From: Girardia tigrina
Lineage: Eukaryota
Reading direction: 5' to 3'
DNA length: 56,202 bases
Assembly: GCA_001938485.1 (NCBI GenBank)
Contig: MQRK01219542.1
Coordinates: forward strand, 1 to 56,202
This document shows, piece by piece, positions 1 through 13,015 of this stretch. The first letter of the stretch is position 1. Every line of letters starts with the position of its first letter. Below the pieces are notes generated by a model. The model saw only the letters and a program-made list of their open reading frames with translations, was not told where the DNA came from and ran no database searches. The translations under genes and the position numbers were made by a program.

Positions 1-235
1 TCTTGTCGGGGAAAAATTTCACTTCTCCGGGGGCTGTGAAAACGGCCTTTCAAGAATTCATTGACTCTCGTGAATCAGTGTTTTATACTAAAGGGTTAAA
101 TGTGTTACCATTGAAATGGTAACAGTGTGTTGACCACATGGGGGATATTTTGATTAAAAATAAAATGTTATTATTTAAAAAAAATCGATTTACATTTTAC
201 TTTAATTTTGACCCGTTTCATATCGAACAACCTAA
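1..235 (+). mobile_element. 3' end of a mariner (DD34D) transposon, decayed
   Basis: Translates to ...KTAFQEFIDSRESVFYTKGLNVLPLKW*QCVDHMGGYFD* (mariner C-terminus with an internal stop). Ends in TIR ...CATATCGAACAACCTAA followed by TA (236-237). Confidence 0.9.
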
Positions 236-884
236 TATTTGCGGTCTTTTTTAACATCGCGATTAGCATAATTCAGCATCCAGAAAAGAAATTCACTATT
301 TAATCAATTCAAAACGATATTAAGTCACGTATCGAATTTATTTTCATCAATCAAAACTCTATCGTTTTTACAAGTTCATCAATTTTATTCAACTAAACAA
401 AACTCAAAGTCATTTCACACTATCAATTTTCAATTACTAAATATTCAAAATTACAATTCAAATTGTTCAATTTCCATCGAATAATTTCAAATGAGAAAAA
501 TAATGAATTAATTTTCCATTTCAATTTGATTTGATTTTCTCCAATTTGAAACGAATATATAATAATGATAATAATTAATTAAAAAAAAAACAAAATATAA
601 TAATTAAAATGTTCGAATCCCGAAGAGCCGGTTTCGTCACATGGTTTGGTGAAATCGAATAGTGAATCAATTAATTTGTTTTATTTTGTTCTGGAAAAAT
701 TTGTTTATTCATATCAAAAAATTATGTTTGGCACGAATGTAAAATTTGTTTATTTTTTGCTGAAGAATAATTTTTTTGAATCGATTTTGAATATTTTTTT
801 GAGTTCTCGTCGATTTTTGTGAGAAACAAATCGAATATTTGAGATAACGAGCGAATCACAGTGATTTGATTTCATTAAATTTTT

Positions 885-1097
885 ATGATGAATAACGACT
901 GTCGATTATCGTGGATTGAGAATAGAATCCAACATTCTTTGAAAATGAAAATCGATGATTTAAAATCTGTATTTACAAATGATCAATACATGAAAAAATT
1001 GAGATATTTTCTCAACGTGGCGCATTGTCGGCAGTTTTTTGTTTTCCACAACAATGACAGCCAACTGACTCTGTTGACAGAGTCCTGTTCACTATAG
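885..1097 (+). CDS. Short ORF or first exon resembling the extreme N-terminus of an axonemal dynein heavy chain-like protein; possibly a pseudogene
   Basis: DCRLSWIENRIQHSLKMKIDDLKSVF...FLN...RQFFVF resembles by eye the D-x-R-x-x-W-I-x-x-R start of axonemal dynein heavy chains. The frame stops at 1097 without an obvious donor site. Confidence 0.3.
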   Translation: MMNNDCRLSWIENRIQHSLKMKIDDLKSVFTNDQYMKKLRYFLNVAHCRQFFVFHNNDSQLTLLTESCSL

Positions 1098-2409
1098 AGG
1101 AAAGGGCATTATTAGTTCGATTTTGTTCCTTACTAAAACTGAGTGTGATTGAATGTGCACATTTATTATCGTATTCGTTAATGAATTGAAAAATGAATCG
1201 ATCAAAGCTTCAGATTTCTCTGGTCTCAATAATAAATCCGATATAAGTTCTCCCATTGCCGGTGGCGATAAGATTTATTTGATGCTAGAATCGGCACGTC
1301 AGAAATATGAAAAAAACGTTCACGTAGAGAAATATTCACGTCAGATCATATAAATGAATTGTTTATAAGTACAACGAGCGCCAATCATAACTCGAATCTG
1401 TCAGCATTGATCAATTCACTTTCTCCGTTGTCAATTGAATCAAAGCAGTCTCAAACGAAAATCAGTAACCAGAAAGCTTTAATCAGTCCATCATCGTAAA
1501 GCCTGGTGCATCGGTTGGGAAAACGTGAGATTCAAATTTTTTATCCCCCTGACCTGACGCTCGCTCCCGCCGCCGGTGCGCCCGCTCTTGATTCACCAAG
1601 TAGTATTAGACAGCAAATATTTATTGAGTTATGTTGAGGTGTGGTTATGGAGGTTCAGCATATTTAGATGTCTATTATGATCTATGAGATGATAAAGATC
1701 ATGAATCCCCATTGATATTTGTAGATATACACAAGTCTGATACATCATGTTGAGGGGCTGATACCCGTATTTTTGTTGTTGTTTGTCCTCTTTTCTTGTC
1801 GGTGTGGTGTATTGGATTGCAACAAATGATTTATTATTTTTATTTATTTATTTATGGCTTGTATATAATTGATCAGTATTTTAAATTATTTGATCAGTAT
1901 TTCTTTCTTTAAAAAATCAGTAATTTAAATAAATTAAGTATTTTCTTTAATTGATCAGTATATAAAATAACCTATCTGTAATAAAATATGTCAATATGTA
2001 TTTTATTGATTTGATTAGTAACATAATTAATTTGACTGATAATAAAATTGATTAACCGGTATTATTTCGACTCCGAATTTATGATAATATTTTTTGTAGT
2101 AAATTTTGTCACCAAATTTATGATAATATTTTTCACTCACTGTTCCTCAACTATTTCACATTTTATCATAGTAACATTTTAGCTTGACCGACAAACCATG
2201 ATTCAGATGATAACGAAATTTTACAAATTTAACCTTAATTGATTTTCAGCAAAATAATTAGTAAATATGTGATAAAAATCGTCATTTATGAAATAAATTA
2301 GTACTTTCATAAAGACTTTCACGAAATTTCTTCTAAGAATCATCAAAATCGCCATTATTCGAAATCAGTGTTCATTTAACCATTTAACGATTTTCAAATT
2401 GGTGAAGTA

Positions 2410-3370
2410 CAGGGTGCGGCAGCTATTTGAGAACACGTAATATAGACACCATATCTTTTTGTGTGTTATAATTACATAATTTTATTTTTGCTGGTAGACA
2501 TGGCAGAAGCTACTCTTACGAATGAAGTGAAAAGGCATGCAGTTATTGTGTCATTAGCAGCAGGACACACCGATTCAGAAATTGCTACATTTTTGAAAGT
2601 CGCCCGGTCGTTTGTTTTTAAAGTTCGTACAGAATTAGGAGCTGCGAAGGGTGATGGGGCTGAAGCTTCGCAACGGNNNNNNNNNNNNNNNNNNNNNNNN
2701 NNNNNNNNNNNNNNNNNNNNNNNNNNNNNNNNNNNNNNNNNNNNNNNNNNNNNNNNNNNNNNNNNNNNNNNNNNNNNNNNNNNNNNNNNNNNNNNNNNNN
2801 NNNNNNNNNNNNNNNNNNNNNNNNNNNNNNNNNNNNNNNNNNNNNNNNNNNNNNNNNNNNNNNNNNNNNNNNNNNNNNNNNNNNNNNNNNNNNNNNNNNN
2901 NNNNNNNNNNNNNNNNNNNNNNNNNNNNNNNNNNNNNNNNNNNNNNNNNNNNNNNNNNNNNNNNNNNNNNNNNNNNNNNNNNNNNNNNNNNNNNNNNNNN
3001 NNNNNNNNNNNNNNNNNNNNNNNNNNNNNNNNNNNNNNNNNNNNNNNNNNNNNNNNNNNNNNNNNNNNNNNNNNNNNNNNNNNNNNNNNNNNNNNNNNNN
3101 NNNNNNNNNNNNNNNNNNNNNNNNNNNNNNNNNNNNNNNNNNNNNNNNNNNNNNNNNNNNNNNNNNNNNNNNNNNNNNNNNNNNNNNNNNNNNNNNNNNN
3201 NNNNNNNNNNNNNNNNNNNNNNNNNNNNNNNNNNNNNNNNNNNNNNNNNNNNNTGGACTTTTACGTGTGGGGCGTAGTTGAGAGGGACTCCAATAGTCAT
3301 TCCCACAACACCATTACAGCTCTCAAATCTGCTATAGTGGATGCAATGGCAAACATTCCAAAGACCCATC
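2410..3370 (+). mobile_element. maT/DD37D-like Tc1/mariner transposon, gapped and 3'-truncated
   Basis: TA followed by CAGGGTGCGGCAGC terminus; ATG at 2500 with HTH-like N-terminus (KRHAVIVSLAAGHTDSEIATFLKVARSFVFKV); DFYVWGVVER motif after the N gap. Confidence 0.8.
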
Positions 3371-3625
3371 TACATCAAATAGGCAGACCATTAAAAGCAA
3401 CAAAAGCATTATTAATTGTTATAGAGCGAACTATAAAGTATTTCTATAACTATACAGATTTAGGAAAACATTAAACATAGTTTTTTTTACTTTTAGGTAA
3501 TATTCTTCATTAATAAATGAAAATTCAATTATATAATATATATACACATATATATATAAAATATATTAAAATTTAAATTATTTTTATTATTTGTTTTTCA
3601 TTAATTTCAAAAATTTAGGCCAACA

Positions 3626-4463
3626 TGTGGCACTGGTTTTTCAAAATATTTTTTGATTGCTGGTGTCAAATATCAATTCAACTATCCGCCAACTGCGGAT
3701 TCCCTATCAACTTTGTTATTTTCCCAATTATCCGCCAACTGCGGATTTTTATCAAAATTCTGCTAATTTCCAATTATATTCCTTTGGGCGATGCAATGAC
3801 GCCGATTGGTTAAACCGATCATCATTCATCGCCCCAGAGGAAAATTTCATTTTTGATTTTTACAATTTTTTATATAAGTTTTTCTTTTTTCTTTTTAATT
3901 TGCATAATAATAATAATAATAATAAAAATTTTAATTATATAAAAATAAAAATAATAATAATAATTATACTTATTTTAATAATAACAATTCCTCTGACGAA
4001 CTTCTCCGCCCAAATCAGGAGTACCCTCATAATGAATGGGTCCCTGAGGAGAAAGGAGAAACTCGCCGAACAGGAATATAATAATTTTAATTCTAATAAT
4101 AATAGTAATAATAATAATAATATAAATAAAGATAGAATTAATAATGTTATAAATGAATATTAAATATAATAATAGTAATAATAATAAAAATAAATAAAGA
4201 TAAAATTAACAATATAAATAAATATTAAATTAATAATGATAATAAATATTTACTAAGATTTATATACATATATATTTCTTTATTATTATTATCCCAATTA
4301 ACCGCCTCGCGTCCCTGAGCAACCTGCTCAAACAAAGGGAAGGTTAAAAATGGATTATACGTATGATTTATTTGATTTATTTATTTACTTATTTTTTCTT
4401 TAACTTTTCATTCAGGACAACATTCCATACACTCTATATTTTTTCATTTATAGGATCGCAACA
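3626..4463. repeat. LTR-like segment containing a cluster of GC-rich hairpins separated by (AAT)n-rich spacers
   Basis: Termini TGTGGC...GCAACA; the right end coincides with the point where the adjacent mariner ORF is cut. Hairpins at 3684-3700, 3730-3746, 3779-3842, 3987-4077 and 4291-4355. No TSD seen. Confidence 0.4.
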
Positions 4464-5620
4464 ATTTCGTCCTCGGAGGGTAGTTTTCATTGGGGAGAAT
4501 AAATAAAAATCGGAGGGAACGAGGTCAGGTGAGTATGGTGGATGGGGCAATACACTGAACCTGATTTTCTGCAGCTTATTTACTGTTTTGTTGGTTGTGT
4601 GGGGTCTGGCATTATCGTGAAGGTAAGTAATTTGTCGAGCTCCTCCTTCCATAAGCCGCCTCCGCTTTTGTTGTATTGCAGCAACAAGACGATCCAGCTG
4701 TTGGCAGTAGGTATCCGTAGTAATTGTTTGTCCATGAGGGAAAACTTCCATTAGCAATACACCTTTGGAGTCCCAAAAAACTGAAATCATGTGCTTTCTG
4801 AGTGTAAGCACACAACTAACTTCAACTGGAGGATTGTCTCCTTCTCCTCACCAAGAACGATGATGTTGTGAGCCTCAATTATCCAAATATATCCAGGATC
4901 TATCTATGGTTACCAGTTGTCAAAGAAAATCAAAAGCCGATCGCTTTGCTTACAGCTCATTGCATATTCTTTCTCGATTAGCCATTTGTTCAGGGGACAG
5001 TAGATGTAGGATCTATAGATTACACAGGTATCTTTTCCCCATCTGAATGAGATGATTTCAAGATGTCTCCGGGGAAATCGCCAACTCAAGTTCTATTGAG
5101 TGATATGTGCTGTATTTGATGACGCTATATTGCAACAGCTGGTTTTGGACAATGTTCATTGACGGCCTTCCAGAGCGCTGTAGATTTTCCACATTAAAAT
5201 CGCCGTTGTTAAACTGTGTTACCCATCGACAGCAAGTGATCTCACTAACAGCACCACTTCCAAGTGCTGCATTCATCTCTTTACATATATCGAGGGGATT
5301 CAAATTACGTTTCCAGCAGTAATATATCATCATTCGAATATCACGTTGACTCAAATTCATTTTAACGCAATGAAAATACAACTTTCAAACAATATTTATT
5401 TTCGAAACAATTTGTTAACTGATATTTTGAAATTAGTTTTCTTACAAAAGGAAAAATTGAATATTTTTTAATTATATTTTACAAAATCATTCGCATATGT
5501 ATATGTTATCTATACTGTAAATATAAAAAATACATTTAAATACTATAAAAAATACATTTATCAATGCGTTTACTAGATAATTATAGAAACCCATCAATCA
5601 AAACTTTCTGGACAGATCTG
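4464..5620 (-). mobile_element. Mariner transposon, frameshifted and 3'-truncated
   Basis: ORF pieces with RSGRP, SVFWDSKGVL, LHDNARPH and HPPYSPDLVPSDFYLF. 5' TIR CAGATCTGTCCAGAAAGTTTTG on the minus strand, flanked by TA (5621-5622). Confidence 0.92.
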
Positions 5621-6458
5621 TACAATTTGATCCTATTTTCCCATAATCATTTATTGTCATCAAAAAGGAGTAATTGTGCACAGTTCGAAGAAAATTGATT
5701 GAGTGAAAAACCTTCAAAAATAGGTTTCTAAATTCCATGGATTCATATGGTTAGGTTCTTGATCGAGATTACAATTCATTAACACAAAAAATTTATTAAT
5801 GACACAAATAACAATTATTTAAACAATTTTTCTTGAGGAACTTTCATTTTCTTTTTTTTAACCAAATTTCATATACATAAAAATATGGAGTTATAAATAA
5901 TGATAAGCTATTTATTAAAACGAGATTTTAGAAATTATTATTTTTATTATTTACAATTCACAAATTTAAAATGTAAAACTATTATTTTTTAATTTAGAAA
6001 TACAATTCTCAAATTTAAAATACAAAATATTATTTTTATTTTAGAAATACAAAAATATTTAGCAATATTTAAATTTATTATTATTTAATAGAGATTCAGT
6101 AATTATAAAATTTTAATAGCAGTTTTTCTATATATATTATATTTTATTAATTATTTATCGAATTTTAATTGGCAGAATTTCTAACTGGTTTTTTTAAATC
6201 TAAATTATCTTTTTTTTATTACATCTCTGACAACAAAACTTTCGTAAAGTTATTCTTCGGAATAACTTTTAAAATAAATGCAAAATAATTAAAACTCAAT
6301 TATTTATGAGAATAACTCTTTTTAAATTAATTGGATATTTAGTTATAACTGTTTTAGAAACTTTTGATTTTAAATATTTTTATTATTTTAGAGATTATTT
6401 ACAAAAATNNNNNNNNNNNNNNNNNNNNNNNNNNNNNNNNNNNNNNNNNNNNNNNNNN

Positions 6459-6497
<39 letters not shown>
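6459..6497. repeat. (TA)n microsatellite adjoining an assembly gap
   Basis: Pure TA run; similar runs at 30078-30102 and 33473-33512. Confidence 0.95.
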
Positions 6498-6500
<3 letters not shown>

Positions 6501-6669
6501 TTGAACCTGTCTAATCCGTCCCTCTTTAATCCTGCAACCTGTCTAATCAGGCATGTCCGAATATCCCCATTTTTCAATCACGGTATTTGTTATGACTCTA
6601 TTCCGGCAAACTGCATATTCCGGTATATTTTAAAATGCCCTGCCATACCGGAATATACAGGTTCTACTG
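6498..6669. mobile_element. Tigger/pogo-type MITE
   Basis: TIRs CAGTTGAACCTGTCTAATCCG / CGGAATATACAGGTTCTACTG, TA on both sides, no ORF. Confidence 0.8.
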
Positions 6670-8152
6670 TATATAGAAAGCAAGCTAATATAAAGAATGG
6701 AGTAAAGTTAATTTTTGACCCTTTTTACGTAAAATGCAAAAACCTATTAGTCTATCTCTGAAACCATAACTATGCTTGGAAAAAATTCACTCCATAAAAA
6801 TGGAAAAAGATTTTTAAACTGATAAAAAGTATTGCATTGTAATTTAAAAGGACATTGTTAATGCTTTTAAGATATGTATTTATTTAATTTAGATTTGAAA
6901 TTTTCCTATTTATAGTTAAAAAGATGTTTATTGAAATTGTCAAAAAGCAGAATATCAACAGTTGAAGCTCTCATTATTCGATCTGAACTAACTTCTCAAT
7001 TTAAACAATAAGTTCAGGGGGAAATTTGATATGATGCATTAAGGTATCTCTAGGCTGAGTGTTCAATTACACATTTGCAGTATTTAGAAGATATCAATTG
7101 ACAAGCAAAATATTATATAGTTTGATCAAGTTTAATAACATTATTAAATGATGCGACAAAATTTCAGTAACAAAATATAACAAAAATCATTTCTTAGATT
7201 GCCTTGAAACACTCGGTGTACAAAACATGTTAAGAAAATTATCGATTTCACCATAGCCTAGTAAAATGTGAAAAGACAAATATCATTTAATTTTTAATAT
7301 TTATTATTTTACAAAATTACACAACATATTTCGTTATGAATAGAACATCTTCAGGTGGTTCATCTAGGCTTCAAATGGATAGTCCATATTTTATCATAAA
7401 AGTTTCAATTATCTCATTTTATCAATATTTTAGAAAATAAATGATATAGGATCACTTTTTTATTTCCATTTTAAGACTTTTCGACTTTGAATTAGAAGAA
7501 AAGATTTCTGAAAGACGTTGTCTTCAATGTTAAATATTATCTCCCCTTAATCAGTTTTACAATAGACGTTCTTTAAAAAGCACTTTTTTCTTTTGATTAT
7601 TTAAACAGAATATTTTTTGAATATTTAAATACGAATACGAAAACCTATTAGTCTCTGAATCCATATCTATATTTGGAAAGATTTCACTCATATAAATGTA
7701 AATATGTTTTTAACAATTTTTTCAATATTTTAGAAAAGCAATGCAAAACTGAATCACTTTTTTCTTGTAGTTATAAAACTAGTAAATCAAAATATTACAT
7801 TTTTTTATATCTTTTATTGATGTAGACAGAACTCTACTTTGCCAACATAGTTTTTAAAATTTAAAACATTTAACATAAAAAAAATTTTAATTAAAAATTA
7901 ATATAAACTACCTATATATAAGACGCGTATTTTCTGAAAATTGGTAATAATTGTAATGGATTAGACGCACGCGAAGATAAGATGCACCCAAGACAAGACT
8001 GACTGTCAACAATTTCTTTGCTGTACGCTGACACACAAGTAGGATAAATGATGCAATAAATGACATTTGAGTAATTATTACAACTACGTAACTATTACAA
8101 CTACGTCGCAGTGATGACCAGCAACTATACATGCCTCCCATTTTATATTATA

Positions 8153-9436
8153 TTAGGTTGGTCGAAAAATAATGGCGGTTTTTGAGCTTTATACTTTGTT
8201 TATCTACTTTGATATGTATATAAGTTTAAATACATTAGTGTTAGATATTATTTGAAATATTATGCCTAGCTGTATATTCCTATAGCCATTATTAACATAT
8301 TGCTGTTATTTTTTAGAATATTTACAGTGCTAAATTAATAATGGAAAAAATTAAAAGTCGAGCAATTTTCTTGTATGAATTTAAACTGGGTCGTAAAGCA
8401 GCAGAAACGGCTCGAAATATCAATAAAGCGTTTGGCAAGGGAACAGCTTCTGAGCGCACAGTGCAACGATGGTTCCGAAAATTTTCTGATGGAGATGAAA
8501 ACCTTGAAGATGAAGAAGGTCGTGGTCGTCCAGTTGCTGTGAACAACGACAATTTGAGGACAATAGTAGAAACAGATCCCCATACAACAATTAGAGAACT
8601 TGCAGATGGGTTGGGCATTAGTCATTCAACATTCCTGGATCACTTAAAACAACTTGGAAAAATCAAGAAACTTGATAAATGGGTTCCACATGATTTGAAT
8701 GAAAATCAAAAGAACCAACGCTATGAAATTTGTTCTGACAATCATCTTCGCAATAGAAACGATCCACTTCTTGACCATATTGTTACCTGTGATGGGAAAT
8801 GGATCCTGTATGATAACCGACGTCGATCTGCACAGTGGTTGGACAAAGATGAAGTACCGAAACACTTTCCAAAACCGAAACTAACACCCCGTAAGGTTAT
8901 GGTGACAGTTTGGTGGTGTTATGCTGGAATCATCTACTATAGTTTTTTGAATCCAGGTGAAACAATCACAGCGGAGAGGTACTGTAATGAAATTGATGGA
9001 ATGCATAAAAAATTGAAAACCCTTTGTCCGGGATTGGTCAATCGAAAAAGTCCCATCCTTCTTCATGATAACGCTAGAACTCATATTTCAAAAGTGACTC
9101 TTCAAAAGCTTAATGAGTTGGGCTATGAAACCCTGCTTCATCCACCATATTCACCAGACCTCTCACTAACGGATTTCTACTTTTTCAGGCATTTGTACAA
9201 CTTCCTACGTGAAAAAATTTTCAAAAACCAAAATGATACTCAAAATGCCTTCCAAGAATTCGTCGCTTCGAGAACCGATGCATTTATGCTGATGGAATAA
9301 AACAACTTGTTTCTCGTTGGCAAAAATGTATTGATGCCAACGGTTTATACTTTGATTAATAAACTTTTGTTTCTGTGAATTTGCACGTCTTTGAAGTTTG
9401 TGTCCCAAAACCGCCATTATTTTTCGACCAACCTAA
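8153..9436 (+). mobile_element. Full-length mariner element (1284 bp), cecropia/Hsmar1-like subfamily
   Basis: Perfect 30-bp TIRs TTAGGTTGGTCGAAAAATAATGGCGGTTTT; TA TSD at 8151-8152 and 9437-9438; inserted in the 5' non-coding part of the pogo element. Confidence 0.97.
8341..9359 (+). pseudogene. Mariner DD34D transposase with one frameshift near the C-terminus
   Basis: 319-aa ORF with WVPHDL, VTCDGKW, HDNARTH and HPPYSPDL. The true C-terminus YADGIKQLVSRWQKCIDANGLYFD* lies in another frame after ~9285. Confidence 0.93.
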
Positions 9437-9494
9437 TATAAGACACCCAAATTTTTCATATTTATACAAACCCTTTTATTAAATTTACCAAATT

Positions 9495-10797
9495 ATGTCA
9501 AAGCAAAGTCATATACAGACGATTTTAAATTAAATGCGATAAAGTTTGCCAAAGAGAAAGGCAATAGAGCGGCAGGTGGACAGTTCAACTGCATCGAGAA
9601 GAATATTCGAGATTGAAGGAAAGAAGACTACAGACAATGAATCTAAGAAAACGATACAAGCGAGGAAGTACAGTGAAATGGCTTAATTAGGAAGAAAATT
9701 TAGCAACCTGGGTGAGAGCACAGCGTGACAACAATCTTGCTGTGTCAACTGCTACCATCAAATTAAAAGCTAGGGTGATGGCATCGGAAATGAAGATTGA
9801 AGATTTCACTGGTGGATATGTAAACTGGGTCTACAAGTTCATGAAGCGAAACCAACTCGTGGTCCGTGCATGCACAACTGTTTACCAGAAGTTGCTAGAC
9901 GATTGGGACCAAAAACTTTCAAGCTTCCACACTTTCATCCGCAGCGAAATTTCCGAAATGAGCCTGACAAATGCAGATATCATCAATATGGACGAGGTTC
10001 CAATGACGTTCGATGTATCACCAAGTAGAACAGGTGCACAGAAAGGAGAAAAGACAATAACAGTTTCAACAACATGGCATGAAAGGACGAATTTTACAGT
10101 CGTTTTGGCCTGCACTGCATCAGGTATCAAACTTAAACCAATGTTGATATTTAAAAGAGTTACAATGCCAAGAGAATCATTACCTGAAGGAGCAGTTGTG
10201 GTCTGCAATAATAAAGGGTGGATGAATGCAGAGATGATGCAGAAGTGGACAGACAAGTGCTTCTGTACGAGACCCGGGACATTCTTTAAGACAAGGTCTC
10301 TTTTGATATTCGAATTGATGGCAGGGCATAAAGAATCCAGCGTACAACGATACATCAACCAGACAGGAACTCATTTAGCCGTGATACCCAGTGGCCTTAC
10401 CATGTTACATCAACCTCTTGATGTGTCAGTAAATCACCCTTTCAAGGCCTATGTCCGTGAAGAGTGGGATAAGTGGATGATGAGAGGACAACATTCATAT
10501 ACTTCGTGCGGTCGTCAGCGCCGTGCGATGTATGCTGAAGTATGCAAATGGGTTATAACTGCGTGGGAAAAAGTTAGAACAGAAACAATTGTGAATGGAA
10601 TCCCAAAATGCGGAATACTACATGATGCAGATGAAAGCGATGGTGAGGATGACGATGATGACGACTCTGTTGCTTCAGATTCCGAGCCAATCGCAGACGA
10701 AGATCGACAGGCACTAGTTATGGACGTCTTTGCCGAGGATTCTGATGACAACGAAAGCTTTAATGGATTCGATGTCAGCTACGACGATAAGAATTAA
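9495..10797 (+). pseudogene. pogo transposase; N-terminus disrupted, DDE_1 domain open (9712-10797)
   Basis: NMDEVPMTFD, FTVVLACTASGIKLKPMLIFK, KGWM, QPLDVSVNHPFK and an acidic tail. Stops and frameshifts lie upstream of 9712, and the second catalytic D appears as E (LLIFE). Confidence 0.9.
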
Positions 10798-11736
10798 TCT
10801 CTCAATCAACCAAAAAATCGGTTCTTTTCAGAGAGATTCGCAAACAAAGGTAGATCATCTTTGTCTGGCGTAAATTACAGTTTTATTATCAAATAAATAT
10901 TAATAAAAAATATCGAAATTTTCACTTCTACTGTGACGTTCCTGCATGATACAAATTATTGTATTAATTTTTATAATATAAACTCTTCTTGTACTCTGTA
11001 AAATTTTAATTAGATAAGACGCCCACGTTTATAAGACGAACATGGCCTACGGTGTATGTAAAAACGCATAAAAAACGCGTCTTTTATGCGCGAAAATACG
11101 GTACTTATAATTAATAAAAAGATCTTTTTCAATTAATATGGTTCAGGATCCACTTTTCTCCCATTTTGGAACCTTAAAAAGTTTTTTCGATCAAATTTTC
11201 ACATAATCATTTATTCTCATCGAAAATGAGTAAGTGTGCAAAGTTTGAAGAAAATTAATTGAAATAGGTTTCTAAATTCCATATATATAAAGTAAGCAAA
11301 TAAAAAGAATGGAATAAGTTTAAAATTAAGGCAATGGTTTTGAAAAGCCATTTTCATCATAGTCGGTGATTTTTGTATCAAATGCTTCATGCATTCACAG
11401 TTTGTAATAATTCTATGGATATTTTTATTTATCGAACGTTTGCGGAACTTTGTGATTGAGAAAACTGACTTAAATCAGTATGTTAGAAGACAAATTTATT
11501 CACTAAAATATGTTTCTTAGTGAAATAAAGAAATATGAAAGGAGAGTCAAAGGTTGATCCTATTTTCGTCTCAGTAATTATTATGAAATACAAATTTAGA
11601 AATTGAAAATATTGCTGATTGTTTAAAATTTTATTTAATTTATCAAATTAATATTTTAACTTTGATAATATCCAAATGTTGAAATATTCTTTAGAATACT
11701 AAACAGTTTGTTGTCACTATTTCTAAATTATATTTA

Positions 11737-13015
11737 CGAGGTGCGTTCTATAAGTACCCAGCCTGAAAAAAAGTCAAACGAATTCCAAACGGTGAAATTT
11801 TTATAACACAACAAGCTTAAAGTATGTAATCATCATTTTTCAACATAATGACCATTTCGCTCCTTACACTTTTCGTAAAGAATGATCAACTCAGAAAACG
11901 TATTTTTGAAAAATTCAGGTTGGTATGCGGCGAAGATGTCCTCCATGGCAACCTTCAAACCGTCTTTGGATCTAAACAGGATGCCTTTTAAATGCTTCTT
12001 TAGATATCTGAAAAGGTAAAATTGCTGGATACAAAATCTAGGCTGTACGGAGGATGGTCCACAAGCATTAGTGCCAGCACCTTCAAATGTAGCCTAAGAA
12101 ATGTCCACTGTGTTCAGTTGCACATTGTCGTAAAGAAACCATAGAAACGGGTTCTTCTGCTTATTTTTATTTTTTCTGGCGGTTGCCACGAGTTGATGGT
12201 GATATCTTTCTCAGCGAAATCCTGAGGAAAAATACATTTGCGATTCCAGAAAATGGAAACAATTATCGCTCTTACATGTCTTTTCACCGTTCGCATATTC
12301 AAAGGTGGCTTCTCTTTATACAGTTTCCACTCTGTAAAAAGTTTTTTTCCGATAAAATACATTCTCAGTGGTGTTTCATCCTTCGTAATTAAATTTGACA
12401 GGAAAGTCTCACCACGCTGGTCACACAGGTTCAAGTTATTCTGTCTGCACTCCAAAGGGTTTCGTATCATTTCACAAGTCAAGAAACGGTGTGAGAATCT
12501 GAAACACAATTTTCTGACACTCATGATTTCAATTGGGCGTTGGCTATATCAACACTGATGTTGAGCTTCGTTAACGTCTTTTTCGTTGTAATTCAACGCT
12601 CTTCTGGGGCAATATTCTTCAATTTTTCAACAACAGTGTGAAGAATTTCTTGTAGGCGACCTGATTTGTCATGATCAAAAACTAAGGAGAGACCACCTTT
12701 AAACTCTCTGACCCATTATTTAACAGTTGTCAGAGATGTGGAGTCATATAAGTAAGTTGACTTCAAAGGATCATAGATTTCACAGCACCTCTTCTTCTGG
12801 AACACAATGAACTTGATAAAGCTGCAATATTCGAAGTCTGAAATCATCTCACTGACAAAAATTCAAAATGTCGAAAGAAAATTTTTAATGAGTTTGATGA
12901 AATAAAACAATTACTGAAACTAAAATTTACATTAATTTATTTAATCACACAAAAAAATTAAAATTTGCAATTACATTTTTTTACTTTAGGTCGGTTACTT
13001 AATAAACGCACCACG
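11737..13015 (-). mobile_element. Decayed mariner transposon (irritans-like termini)
   Basis: Imperfect TIRs CGAGGTGCGTTCTATAAGTA / TACTTAATAAACGCACCACG; fragments LITKDET, SIFWN, HPPYSLD; multiple frameshifts. Confidence 0.88.

Larger units (their letters stand above)
7911..11101 (+). mobile_element. pogo-family transposon (Brinker DBD + CENP-B HTH + DDE_1), interrupted by a mariner
   Basis: 3' TIR ...CGCGTCTTTTATGCGCGAAAATACGG + TA; partly deleted 5' TIR TA-CC..TATAAGACGCG; transposase remnant from ~9495 to 10797. Confidence 0.85.

Noticed and set aside
2635-3369. Long ORFs spanning N runs (also 29324-30146, 33306-33575, 54937-55392, 55793-56114)
   Set aside because: Lengths are artefacts of N gaps and TA repeats.
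3796-3842. ATGA-N12-AAA pattern suggesting a SECIS element
   Set aside because: No complementary helix II ending in the required 3' GA quartet, and no selenoprotein ORF upstream.
3992-4065. CTGACGA and CTGAGGA followed by GAAA, suggesting a hammerhead ribozyme
   Set aside because: No stem II between the core and GAAA, and no stem III with an NUH site could be built; the sequence folds better as one long hairpin.
3657-4163. 168-aa ORF with Asn/Ile runs
   Set aside because: Product of (AAT)n simple repeats with a non-ATG start; not credible as a protein.
10742-10758. CTGATGA-CAAC-GAAAG hammerhead-like core
   Set aside because: Lies in the codons SDDNES of the pogo acidic tail, with no flanking stems.
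5628-11315. Dispersed direct repeats (5628-5740 vs 11189-11281; 6740-6815 vs 7640-7710)
   Set aside because: Short degenerate copies of a common interspersed repeat; no termini or coding evidence to classify.
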